Source of the DNA: Actinomycetales bacterium
GTDB lineage: Bacteria; Actinomycetota; Actinomycetes; S36-B12
Assembly: GCA_016125355.1 (NCBI GenBank)
Contig: WGLX01000006.1
Span: 109,047 to 173,046, forward strand
DNA: 64,000 nucleotides
Direction of reading: 5' to 3'
Part shown: positions 45,724 through 53,738 of the stretch, one piece after another
Layout of the letters: each line of letters begins with the position of its first letter
Numbering within the stretch: position 1 is the stretch's first letter
Notes under the pieces: generated by a model
What the model was told of the DNA's origin: nothing
The model's database searches: none
Seen by the model: only the letters and a program-made list of their open reading frames with translations
Translations under genes and position numbers: made by a program

Positions 45724-45795
45724 GCGGCGACCCTAGCGCCGCGGCGCCCGGCGGCGGGCCTTGATCCCGCCCACCGATGGCCCTACCCTCACCCC

Positions 45796-45912
45796 ATGGC
45801 TGACGACATGAACACGTGGCAGGCCCCCGAGGTCACGCAGATCACCGACGCTGGCGGCGCCACCCCCGACGCCACGGCGAACATCCGCAACGGGACCTCG
45901 CAGCAGGTCTGA
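45796..45912 (+). CDS. type II RiPP precursor-like peptide (38 aa)
   Basis: C-terminal part of track ORF 45514..45912. MADDMNTWQAPEVTQITDAGGATP|DATANIRNGTSQQV. It has the leader motif W-Q-A-P-E-V, and Thr at position -2 as in canonical lasso leaders. Confidence 0.6.
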   Translation: MADDMNTWQAPEVTQITDAGGATPDATANIRNGTSQQV

Positions 45913-45957
45913 CGCGAATCCGCCCCCTCTCGGCGACGCACGCCGTACGCTCTGCGC

Positions 45958-46080
45958 ATGCCAGAGAGCCCTGACGACTGGCAGGCGCCAGAGGTCACAC
46001 CGCTGACCGACCCGGACGGCGCCTCCCAGTATCCGCACGCCCGAATCCGCAACCTCGAGTCCCCCAGCCCGCCGCCCTGA
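45958..46080 (+). CDS. type II RiPP precursor-like peptide (40 aa)
   Basis: Not in the ORF track. MPESPDDWQAPEVTPLTDPDGASQ|YPHARIRNLESPSPPP. It shares WQAPEVT and A-x-I-R-N with the preceding peptide. Confidence 0.6.
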   Translation: MPESPDDWQAPEVTPLTDPDGASQYPHARIRNLESPSPPP

Positions 46081-46097
46081 CCACCGAGATCTCCGAG

Positions 46098-46958
46098 ATG
46101 CCGAACGCCCTGTCCTCGTCGATCGCCTTCCTCGAGGACCGCTGGGGCGTCGAGGTCGTCGTGGGGAACGCGCCACGCGCGCTGGCGAAGCCCACCCGCG
46201 ACGAGGGCTTCATGCAGATGGCACCCGGTGAGTTCCTCGCCCTCATTGACGACCTCGGGCGCATGCACGTGACCACCGACCGCGTCGTCCTCGACCCCGA
46301 CCCGGGCGTCGACCTGGCCGACATGGACTACCTCGTCTACGGCTGGGCACCACGGTGGATCCGGGTCCTGCGCAGCCAGTTCACGCTCCACGCCTCGGCC
46401 GTCCTCCATCGCGGACGGGCTATCGCCGTCATGGGATTCTCGGGCGCCGGCAAGTCCACCACGGTCACGGCACTCGACCGTCGCGGCTACCCGCTGGTCA
46501 TCGACGATGTACTGCCGGTCGACATCGACGGTGAGGTGCCGTCGGTGCACGGCTGGGAACGACCGGTCCACCTGACCGATGAGGCCGCCGCCCACCTCCG
46601 TGTGGATGAGACCGCCCGCGTCGGCACGGGCGAGCTGAGCAAGATCGCCGCCACCGTCCCTTCCGTGGAGGGGTCATGGCCGCTGGCCATCGCGATCGAG
46701 CTGCGACCCGACGAGTCGGCATCGGCCGTTCAGGTCACCCGGCTGACCGCAGCGACCAAGCTCCAGGCGGTGGTGAACCACTCGAACGGGGCAGGCTTCT
46801 CGGCGGCCGACGGCCGAGCCCACGACTTCTTCGCCTGGGCGACCCGCGTGACGCGGGCCATCGATGTCGTCCGGGTGGTCCGACCCACGGAGGGGTGGCA
46901 CCTCGAGGGCGTTGTCGACGCGATCGTGTCCACCATCGAATCAGAAGGGAACCCATGA
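46098..46958 (+). CDS. HPr-kinase-like protein
   Basis: 286 aa. [46 protein letters not shown]. It lies 17 nt after the second type II peptide gene. Confidence 0.8.
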   Translation: MPNALSSSIAFLEDRWGVEVVVGNAPRALAKPTRDEGFMQMAPGEFLALIDDLGRMHVTTDRVVLDPDPGVDLADMDYLVYGWAPRWIRVLRSQFTLHASAVLHRGRAIAVMGFSGAGKSTTVTALDRRGYPLVIDDVLPVDIDGEVPSVHGWERPVHLTDEAAAHLRVDETARVGTGELSKIAATVPSVEGSWPLAIAIELRPDESASAVQVTRLTAATKLQAVVNHSNGAGFSAADGRAHDFFAWATRVTRAIDVVRVVRPTEGWHLEGVVDAIVSTIESEGNP

Positions 46959-47230
46959 CCGACGCGCTCTACCGCCGGGCCCCCGGCGCCGTCGACGCGG
47001 TGGTCGACGGACAGGTGGTCCTGCTCGCCCCGGTGGACTTCAGCTACCAGTCCCTCGACCGGGTCGGCGGCCGGGTCTGGGAGCTCCTCGCCGAGCCGAG
47101 GACCGTGGACGATCTCGTCGGCATGCTGCGATCGCAGTTCGACGTCGACGAGGCCCGCTGCCGCGCCGACCTGCTGCCGTTCCTCGACCGCATGACGTCG
47201 CTCGGCATCCTCGAGCGGGACGCGTCCTAG
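46955..47230 (+). CDS. PqqD-family RiPP recognition element (second copy)
   Basis: ATG at 46955 (ATGA overlap), 91 aa. AVDAVVDGQVVLLAPVDFSYQSLDRVGGRVWELLAEPRTVDDLVGMLRSQFDVDEARCRADLLPFLDRMTSLGIL. Confidence 0.8.
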   Translation: MTDALYRRAPGAVDAVVDGQVVLLAPVDFSYQSLDRVGGRVWELLAEPRTVDDLVGMLRSQFDVDEARCRADLLPFLDRMTSLGILERDAS

Positions 47231-48405
47231 TCGGATTCAGACGGACGGACGAGCACGCGGCGCCGGAACAGGTCCCCCAGCTCACCGCCCATGGCCGCCA
47301 CGGTGCCCGCGAACCCGGTTCCCGGGGGCAGCCGCTCCGGGGGGAACAGGCCGTCCACCACGGCCATGCCGATCGCCGCCGGTGCACCGGCGTACCGACC
47401 GGACTCCCGGTAGATCCCGACGATCTCCCCGAGCGGGATGTCGTCGTCGATCCACGGGCGCCGCACACTGGCATGGGCGTACGTGCTCCGCAGCCGGTCG
47501 AGGTCGACGCTGCCCTCCGGCACGAAGGCACGCCGCCGCTCCTCTGGGATACCGCCCAGCAGGTCGTCCGCGAGGGCGACCGCCTCGCCAATGACCCTCC
47601 TCAGCCGCCAGTGCGCATCCACGGGCAGTCGGACGTCGTCACGTCGCGCGAGACGGACGATGTCCACGATGCTGCGGAGCCGGTTGTAGCGGTCGATGGC
47701 GGCGCTGTAGCAGACCACCGCGAAGGCATCGGGCAGCGACAGCGTTGGGACCTCGGCATCGGCGATCCGCACGCTGGCCGGACGCGCGAGCAGCACCTCC
47801 GCGCCGGGCAGGGGTCGCTCGTGCCAGCCGATCCGCCAGTGCAGGTCGATGGCGCTGTCGGCGCCGACGTACGACCGTTCCCGTCGCACGCGCAGGTAAT
47901 GACCCCACCAGCGCGGCGCATCCGGGATGGCCTCACCGGCCCACCCCGCCGATTCGAGGGCCTCGTGGGCGCGCGGCACGTCCGCCGGCCGCACGAGGAT
48001 GTCGATGTCGCCGAACCCGCGGGCGGCGAGTCCGCCGGTGGTCTGCAGGCTCAGGGCGATGCCCTTGTAGACCAGTGCTGGGACGTCGGCGTCGGCAAGG
48101 ACCTGCAGCGCACGACTCGTCTCCACGGACAGGCGCAGCGCCCGGACGGCATCCCCGCGGGCGCGGGCGCGGAGCGCGCTCGCGATGGGGTCGGGCGCGG
48201 CCAGGGCCGTCAACTGCGAGGTGAGCAGCGGGGCGACGCGGTGCAGGGTCACGGCGTGCAGCAATCCGCTGGGGTGCACGGCACTCCAGTCGACGGACGG
48301 GACGCCGTCCAGGCGACTTCCGCCGGCGACTTCGGCGGCTAGGGCCACCCGGCAGGCGCGCTGGACCTGGGCGACGTCCCCGGCGTCGATGATGGGATCG
48401 GTCAC
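47227..48405 (-). CDS. uncharacterised nucleotidyltransferase-family protein (PF14907-like)
   Basis: 392 aa. LVYKGIALSLQTTGGLAARGFGDIDILVRPADVPRAHEALESAGW is the typical signature of this family, which commonly neighbours PqqD/HprK-like genes. Confidence 0.7.
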   Translation of the reverse strand: MTDPIIDAGDVAQVQRACRVALAAEVAGGSRLDGVPSVDWSAVHPSGLLHAVTLHRVAPLLTSQLTALAAPDPIASALRARARGDAVRALRLSVETSRALQVLADADVPALVYKGIALSLQTTGGLAARGFGDIDILVRPADVPRAHEALESAGWAGEAIPDAPRWWGHYLRVRRERSYVGADSAIDLHWRIGWHERPLPGAEVLLARPASVRIADAEVPTLSLPDAFAVVCYSAAIDRYNRLRSIVDIVRLARRDDVRLPVDAHWRLRRVIGEAVALADDLLGGIPEERRRAFVPEGSVDLDRLRSTYAHASVRRPWIDDDIPLGEIVGIYRESGRYAGAPAAIGMAVVDGLFPPERLPPGTGFAGTVAAMGGELGDLFRRRVLVRPSESD

Positions 48406-48423
48406 GGCAGGAGCGGGTCGGCG

Positions 48424-48777
48424 TCAGCGCGGCGAGCCCGCGGCCTCCCACGCCTTGCGCACATCGGGCGCGACGCGACCACGTTCGGTGACCGGCATCC
48501 CGACCGACCGCGCCCAGGCGCGGATGATCGCGGCCTCCGTCGGACCCTTGCTGCGGCTGCGCGACGGAGTCGAGGAGCGGGCGCGACGCGAGCCGGCGAC
48601 GACCGGGCCACCGACCTGGCGGGCCGCGCGAAGGTACGGCTTGAGGGCGGCCTTGAGCTCGGCGTACGAGGCGTCCGTCAGGTCGATCTCGTAGTCGACG
48701 CCGTCGACGCGGAACGTGCGCGTCTTGGCCCCCGTGTCGCCGGTGAGGTCATCGATGATCAGCGTCTTCTTGGCCAT
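48424..48777 (-). CDS. lsr2: Lsr2-family nucleoid-associated protein
   Basis: ORF 48424..49029 trimmed to the ATG at 48777, giving 117 aa. Lsr2 dimerisation N-terminus MAKKTLIIDDLTGDTGAKTRTFRVDGVDYEIDLTDASYAELKAALKPYL. C-terminal DNA-binding domain IRAWARSVGMPVTERGRVAPDVRKAWEAA (RGR clamp). Confidence 0.85.
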   Translation of the reverse strand: MAKKTLIIDDLTGDTGAKTRTFRVDGVDYEIDLTDASYAELKAALKPYLRAARQVGGPVVAGSRRARSSTPSRSRSKGPTEAAIIRAWARSVGMPVTERGRVAPDVRKAWEAAGSPR

Positions 48778-48784
48778 GCGCTGA

Positions 48785-49687
48785 TCATGCCGGATCCGGT
48801 GCGCTCCCACCCCGTCTGTGGCGGAGCCGGTGACCAGTCTGCTTGGCGCGTTCGATGAGCGGGTCCTGCACCATCGGTGGCACCGACGGCGCCACGCCTG
48901 CGCGGTGGGCCGCTCGCCAGGAGTCGGCGATTGACTGCGAGCGCACCAGGTCGCGCGCCCGCGCCGGCACCTGCTCCCACACCGAAGGATGGGCCGACGC
49001 CACGAGGGAGAGGTCGAGCAGCCAGCCATCGGTGCCCGGCGCCCCGCGCGAGGCGAGGATCCGAGCCGCCTCCCAGTCGGCCCTCATCACGACCAGGCTG
49101 CCACCTTCTCGGGACACCTCCGCCCTGCCCGGTACCAGCGCTCGACGGAGCGATCCGCTCTCCCAGTGCGTCCAGCCCCTCACCAGCCGGACGGTCGTCG
49201 CCTCGCTCGACGCGGCCACGGCGATGCCCTCATCCCGCCACGCCGCACGTGGGATTGCGGTCGCGAGCGCGTCCACCAGGTCGTCGCGGCTCTTTGCCGG
49301 GTCGACCCAGATCCGCACGGCACTGACGGGCACGGTGCCCGCGTCGGCCTCGTAGGTCACGGCGAGCGTCAGCTCACCGGTGACCGCGTGGTCGATGCCC
49401 CCGGACGACAGCAGCGCGCTCACCTCCGACCCCCGCCGGACCGCGAGTTCGGTGGCGTAGTGGTTGCGCCGCCTCAGGCCCTGAACCCGGGCATGCCACG
49501 GCGAGTCCTCCCGCAGCTCGGCCTGGAGCATCGTCAGGCCCCGCCAGCACACGAGCGGCGTCGTGTCGGGATCCAACGACGCCAGCACCGCGGCGATCCG
49601 ATCCCGCAGGTCCGCTGGCCGGCTCTCCACCGGCATCGCCGCCCACGCGATGATCGGCCACCACGACGGGGATCGCTCCGCCGTCAC
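48785..49687 (-). CDS. hypothetical protein
   Basis: 300-aa ORF with good coding bias, overlapping the upstream gene's stop (49684) by 4 nt and ending 7 nt before lsr2. No motif recognised. Confidence 0.5.
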   Translation of the reverse strand: MTAERSPSWWPIIAWAAMPVESRPADLRDRIAAVLASLDPDTTPLVCWRGLTMLQAELREDSPWHARVQGLRRRNHYATELAVRRGSEVSALLSSGGIDHAVTGELTLAVTYEADAGTVPVSAVRIWVDPAKSRDDLVDALATAIPRAAWRDEGIAVAASSEATTVRLVRGWTHWESGSLRRALVPGRAEVSREGGSLVVMRADWEAARILASRGAPGTDGWLLDLSLVASAHPSVWEQVPARARDLVRSQSIADSWRAAHRAGVAPSVPPMVQDPLIERAKQTGHRLRHRRGGSAPDPA

Positions 49688-52095
49688 TGCGACCGGTTCC
49701 GCTGCCGGGCTCGCGCGACCACCTGGAGGTAGTCCAAGCGGGACTCGCCCATCTCAGCCGTCATGTTGCGGCCATGCGCCCGTCGCAGGAGCACCACGTC
49801 GTCGACGGCCCGCTCCGCGATCCCCAGGGCGCGGGCCCGCTCCACCCAGTCGATGCCCTCCCCGACGCGCAGGTCCTCCTCGAAAGGCCCGACCACCTTG
49901 AAGGCCCGACGCGTCACGAGCAGTGCCCCCGGCAGCGGGACCGGCGGCGACGGATCGACGGGCCATGGTTGGTCCTCGTCCGGAACCTCGGCACCGGCGA
50001 ACCGCACCTGGCGGCCGTACGCGATGCCGCGCTCGATCCCGTCCAAGGCTTCGATGAGCGCCCGGCTGCGTCCGCGGGGCCAGGCGTCGTCCGCGTCGAG
50101 GAAGGCCACCCACGCAGCGGACCCGACGGCGACTCCGGAGTTCCGGGCCGCCCCGGCGCCCCGCCGCTCCCCATGCTCGACGATCCGGACGCGATCGATG
50201 TGCCCGGAGGGCACGTGGGCGACAAGGTCCTCGTCCAGGCCGTCGTTCACGAGGATGACCTGAACGTCCACACCCTCCTGCGCCAGGGCGGACTCGACCG
50301 CGGTGCGGAGATAGGCGGTCTCGCCGCCGACCGGGATGACGACGTCCAGCCTCGGCCGGGCCTGCGACCCCACGCGAGCGTGGTGGGCGCGCACGATGGC
50401 GAGCAGCCTGCTGGCCATGCCGACCGATGTCTTGGACTGGTTCGCATCGTGCATCTGCCGCACGAGCACGACGTCGTCGACCTCGCAGCAGGGCTGCCCG
50501 GAGTCGCGCAGGCGCATGAGCCAGTCGACGTCGTCGGTACCGGAGCCGTCGTCCTCGTCGAAAGGCCCCACGTCGGTGAACAGGGCTCGCGAGAACAGCC
50601 CGGCACCGACCACGCGACCCGGGTGGGAGCCCTCGAACCACTCACGGCGCATCCATGCCTGTGCGCTCTCGGGCACGATCGCGACGAACTCCATGCGCCC
50701 GAAGGCAGCGGCGGCGCGCTCCCGTCGCACAGCCGCAAGGAGCACCTCGACGTGGTCGACTGACCACAGGTCGTCCTGGTCCACGAAGGCGATGAACTCC
50801 GACGTCGCGGCCGCGATGCCGCTGTTGCGAGCCGCAGCAACCCCGCGGTTCCCGTCGTGCTCGACGATGCGCAGGTCGTGACCGCGCTTCCGGGCCTCGT
50901 CGACCAGCCCGTGAAGGACCTCGCGGGAGTCATCAGTGGACCCATCGTCGACGGCGACGATCTCGAGGCGACCGGAGGTCTGCTGCAGGACGGCTGCGAT
51001 CGTGCGGGCGAGGAAGCGCGCCCCGTTGTAGACCGGCAGGATCACGCTGACTCGGGGGCGCACGTCGTCGACGATCTCGCCCAGGTCGCGCAGGGTGTCG
51101 TCCAGGCTCTGCCGACGCGGCAGCACCCGGGCCGGCAGCTCGCTGCACGCCTGCCCGAACCGGGAGAGAACGGCGGCGCGGTCGAACGGCAGCGGCATGA
51201 CGGTGTTGGGAGCCCCCACCCGCCGGGCAGCCGCCGGATCGATCGTGGCCCACGGACGATCGGCCGGTGCCCAGGGATCGAGGGCCAGCAGTCCGTCGAT
51301 CCGCATGCTCGGGGTGAGCAGCCGATCGTCCGTAGCCGTCAGCAGGTGCGCCCGCTTGTGCCCGTGGATGTCCCACGTGACGACGTCCGGTCCCGCGGGA
51401 GCCTCCTGTCCCGGCTGCAGCTTCGTCTTGACCGCCGCGTAGACGGCGTACGCGGCCCACCCCCGCGCATCGGGCCGAACGAGGACGGCGTCGTCCCCGC
51501 AGGTGACCCACCCGTGGTTCAGCGCGGCGAGCGTCGTCGTCGACTTGCCGTATCCCGCATCGCCGAGGAGCAGCAGGCCACGGGGCTCCTCGCCGTGCCC
51601 CCCGCGCCCGACGGTGGCGGCGTGGGCGAGGAAGCCGCCCGAGGCGGCGGCCGTCCAGTGCACGAGGAAGCGGAGGGGGCTGACCTGGTCGTACCCGCTC
51701 GGCTCGGCGGCGGTGAGGAGCACGGCCTGGCCGGTCGCCGGGTCCCATCCGAGCACATGGCCCGCAGCCTCCTGCCAGACGAGACGCACGTCCGTCTCCT
51801 CGAGCCCGACGACCTCACCGCGCGGGCCCAGGTCCCCACGGCGCAGCGGCGGTGGGGACACGGATGAGGGCAGGTCGGCGAACGAGGCGGACACCAGGGA
51901 GACGTCCGGGTCGGAGCCCTGCCACGGACGCGCCCACGCGCGGTCGAAGGAAGAGAACCACTCCGGTCGCGCCGTCGCGTGCGCCATCGTGACCGGCCCC
52001 CACTGGGCGCCCGACAATGGGCGGGACACCGGTCGCAGGGCCTCATGGACCTCGTCGATCCAGGCGGCCACCAGCGTCGAGACGTCGGCAACCAT
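49684..52095 (-). CDS. tri-domain protein: HPr-kinase-like domain + two family-2 glycosyltransferase domains
   Basis: 803 aa. N-terminal LLLLGDAGYGKSTTTLAALNHGWVTCGDDAVLV. GT2 number 1: VSVILPVYNGARFLARTIAAVLQQ...VAVDDGSTDDS...FVDQDDLW. GT2 number 2: LDVVIPVGGETAYLRTAVESALAQ...ILVNDG...FLDADDAW. Confidence 0.85.
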   Translation of the reverse strand: MVADVSTLVAAWIDEVHEALRPVSRPLSGAQWGPVTMAHATARPEWFSSFDRAWARPWQGSDPDVSLVSASFADLPSSVSPPPLRRGDLGPRGEVVGLEETDVRLVWQEAAGHVLGWDPATGQAVLLTAAEPSGYDQVSPLRFLVHWTAAASGGFLAHAATVGRGGHGEEPRGLLLLGDAGYGKSTTTLAALNHGWVTCGDDAVLVRPDARGWAAYAVYAAVKTKLQPGQEAPAGPDVVTWDIHGHKRAHLLTATDDRLLTPSMRIDGLLALDPWAPADRPWATIDPAAARRVGAPNTVMPLPFDRAAVLSRFGQACSELPARVLPRRQSLDDTLRDLGEIVDDVRPRVSVILPVYNGARFLARTIAAVLQQTSGRLEIVAVDDGSTDDSREVLHGLVDEARKRGHDLRIVEHDGNRGVAAARNSGIAAATSEFIAFVDQDDLWSVDHVEVLLAAVRRERAAAAFGRMEFVAIVPESAQAWMRREWFEGSHPGRVVGAGLFSRALFTDVGPFDEDDGSGTDDVDWLMRLRDSGQPCCEVDDVVLVRQMHDANQSKTSVGMASRLLAIVRAHHARVGSQARPRLDVVIPVGGETAYLRTAVESALAQEGVDVQVILVNDGLDEDLVAHVPSGHIDRVRIVEHGERRGAGAARNSGVAVGSAAWVAFLDADDAWPRGRSRALIEALDGIERGIAYGRQVRFAGAEVPDEDQPWPVDPSPPVPLPGALLVTRRAFKVVGPFEEDLRVGEGIDWVERARALGIAERAVDDVVLLRRAHGRNMTAEMGESRLDYLQVVARARQRNRSQ

Positions 52096-52106
52096 GGCCG
52101 GTCCGG

Positions 52107-52514
52107 CTACGAGGCGTCCGGGCGCACCGGCCAGCCCACGGCTTCATCCACGTCGTGGATCGGGTCCAGGCCGAGGAGGTCAGCCATGTCGGTGTGCTCG
52201 GAGATCGCCAGGTCGGCGGCCGTCCAGGCCTCCGCGTCGACGGGCGCCGGCTTCGCCATCGTCGCCTCGCGCACGAGGCCGGCCTCCTGCAGCGACGTCA
52301 CGTACTGTGCCAGCGCGGCCTCGCGGTCGTCTTCGCCGGACAGCAGGGCTCGTCCGGGCACTCCGGCGGTGACGGCGCGCCACACCCACAGGCTCTCGGG
52401 AGGCACGACGTAGTAGGCACCGGTGTTCAGATTGATGGCAAGCGTCTCTCCCCCGACCTCGTCGCTGATGACCGAGGGCGAGTCGAGTTCGAAGGGCTTG
52501 TCGAGGATCGACAT
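52107..52514 (-). CDS. PqqD-like protein with a C-terminal extension (third RRE candidate)
   Basis: 135 aa. VISDEVGGETLAINLNTGAYYVVPPESLWVWRAVTAG follows the PqqD beta-strand/helix pattern. It is first in the operon with the HprK-GT2-GT2 gene. Confidence 0.6.
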   Translation of the reverse strand: MSILDKPFELDSPSVISDEVGGETLAINLNTGAYYVVPPESLWVWRAVTAGVPGRALLSGEDDREAALAQYVTSLQEAGLVREATMAKPAPVDAEAWTAADLAISEHTDMADLLGLDPIHDVDEAVGWPVRPDAS

Positions 52515-52554
52515 GCAGGCTCCCTGAGCGCCGAGGACAGTTGGTCGATGCTAC

Positions 52555-53727
52555 TCAGGAGGGTCGATGCCGGTGCGCGGCGAGGGACAGCGTGGACCGG
52601 ACCGCATCGACGAACTCCGCGCGCCCGTAGACATCGCGCGCCGCCGACGCCACTCGCGCTGACGCGGTCCCCCACCGGGCATCGTCCCGGATCAGTCGGA
52701 GGGCCTCCGCGGCGAACTCCTCCGCCTCGTCGGCGATGGCCAGACCGTCCTGCCAGCCGCGGCCGTCGCGAACCAGGACGCCTTCCTGCCCCTCGTGGGT
52801 CGTGACGACCGGAAGCCCCAGAGCCATGGCGGCGACGAGCTTGCGCCGGGCACCGGAGCCGAACCGCAGCGGCGCCACCAGCGCCACGGAGCGGTGGTGC
52901 AGTGCGATCAGTTCGGACTCCGAGACACGGCCGGCGAAGCGCAGCCCGGGCCGCTCGAGGGTGCGGACCAGCTCGGCCGGCCACTCTCCGACGACGGTCA
53001 CCTCCAGGGAGGCGTCCTTCCGGAGCAGCTCCGGGAGGATCGCCGCCGCCAGCCACTCCACCGCATCTCGGTTGGGCGCGTGGGCTGCTCCCCCGACCAT
53101 GAGCAGGCCGCGGCGGCCGGACCGAGGCGGGATCTCGCCTGGGAGCTCGGGGCCGTCGAGGAGGTAGTAGGGAATCCCCACCGCCCGCGCTCCGGGCAGC
53201 GCCGCGTCGACTGCGGTCGCCTCGTGCTCCGTCGGGTAGACGGTCAGGTCGAAGGCCGACCAGCACCGTCGCTCCGCCAACGTGGCCACGCGGGCGTCGC
53301 CTGAGAGCCGCCCGCCCAGGCGGGCCTCGGCGGCGAGGCGCCGCGCGTAGATGTCGTGGCCCCAGTAGATGCCGACCACGTCGGGGGCCTCCTCGAGCGC
53401 GGCCGCGGCGATGGCACCGGGTCCGGGGCGATGCGCGATGACCGTGGAGAACTCCCCCGACCGGAGCAACGCGGGCAGCGCCACGGTCCCCGCGCGGTGC
53501 GCCCGGACGCCCATGCGGCGAAGGGCCTCCAGCTCAGCATCGTCCGCCGGACCCTTGACGCCGAGGGGGAGGAACTCCACGTCCCTGCCGAGGTCCAGGA
53601 GCGCGACGAGCAGGTCGTAGGTGGCGCGCGCGCCCGCGCTGGTCCCGGGGTCGAAGGCAGCACCGTCGACGACGAGCACGCGACCCGGACGGGCGTCAGC
53701 AGACAACGGGCGCTCCACGGGAACCAT
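52555..53727 (-). CDS. GT-B (family 4-like) glycosyltransferase
   Basis: 390 aa. LLMVGGAAHAPNRDAVEWL...LRFAGRVSESELIALHHRSVALVAPLRFGSGARRKLVAAMALGLPVVTTHEG. Confidence 0.75.
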   Translation of the reverse strand: MVPVERPLSADARPGRVLVVDGAAFDPGTSAGARATYDLLVALLDLGRDVEFLPLGVKGPADDAELEALRRMGVRAHRAGTVALPALLRSGEFSTVIAHRPGPGAIAAAALEEAPDVVGIYWGHDIYARRLAAEARLGGRLSGDARVATLAERRCWSAFDLTVYPTEHEATAVDAALPGARAVGIPYYLLDGPELPGEIPPRSGRRGLLMVGGAAHAPNRDAVEWLAAAILPELLRKDASLEVTVVGEWPAELVRTLERPGLRFAGRVSESELIALHHRSVALVAPLRFGSGARRKLVAAMALGLPVVTTHEGQEGVLVRDGRGWQDGLAIADEAEEFAAEALRLIRDDARWGTASARVASAARDVYGRAEFVDAVRSTLSLAAHRHRPS

Positions 53728-53738
53728 GGCGTCAGAGC

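Noticed and set aside
45796-46080. Calling the two WQAPEV peptides canonical lasso precursors
   Set aside because: At the conserved register their cores start with Asp or Tyr and lack Asp/Glu at positions 7-9. Alternative cleavage points give rings that are too small. They are kept as a separate, unexplained peptide type.
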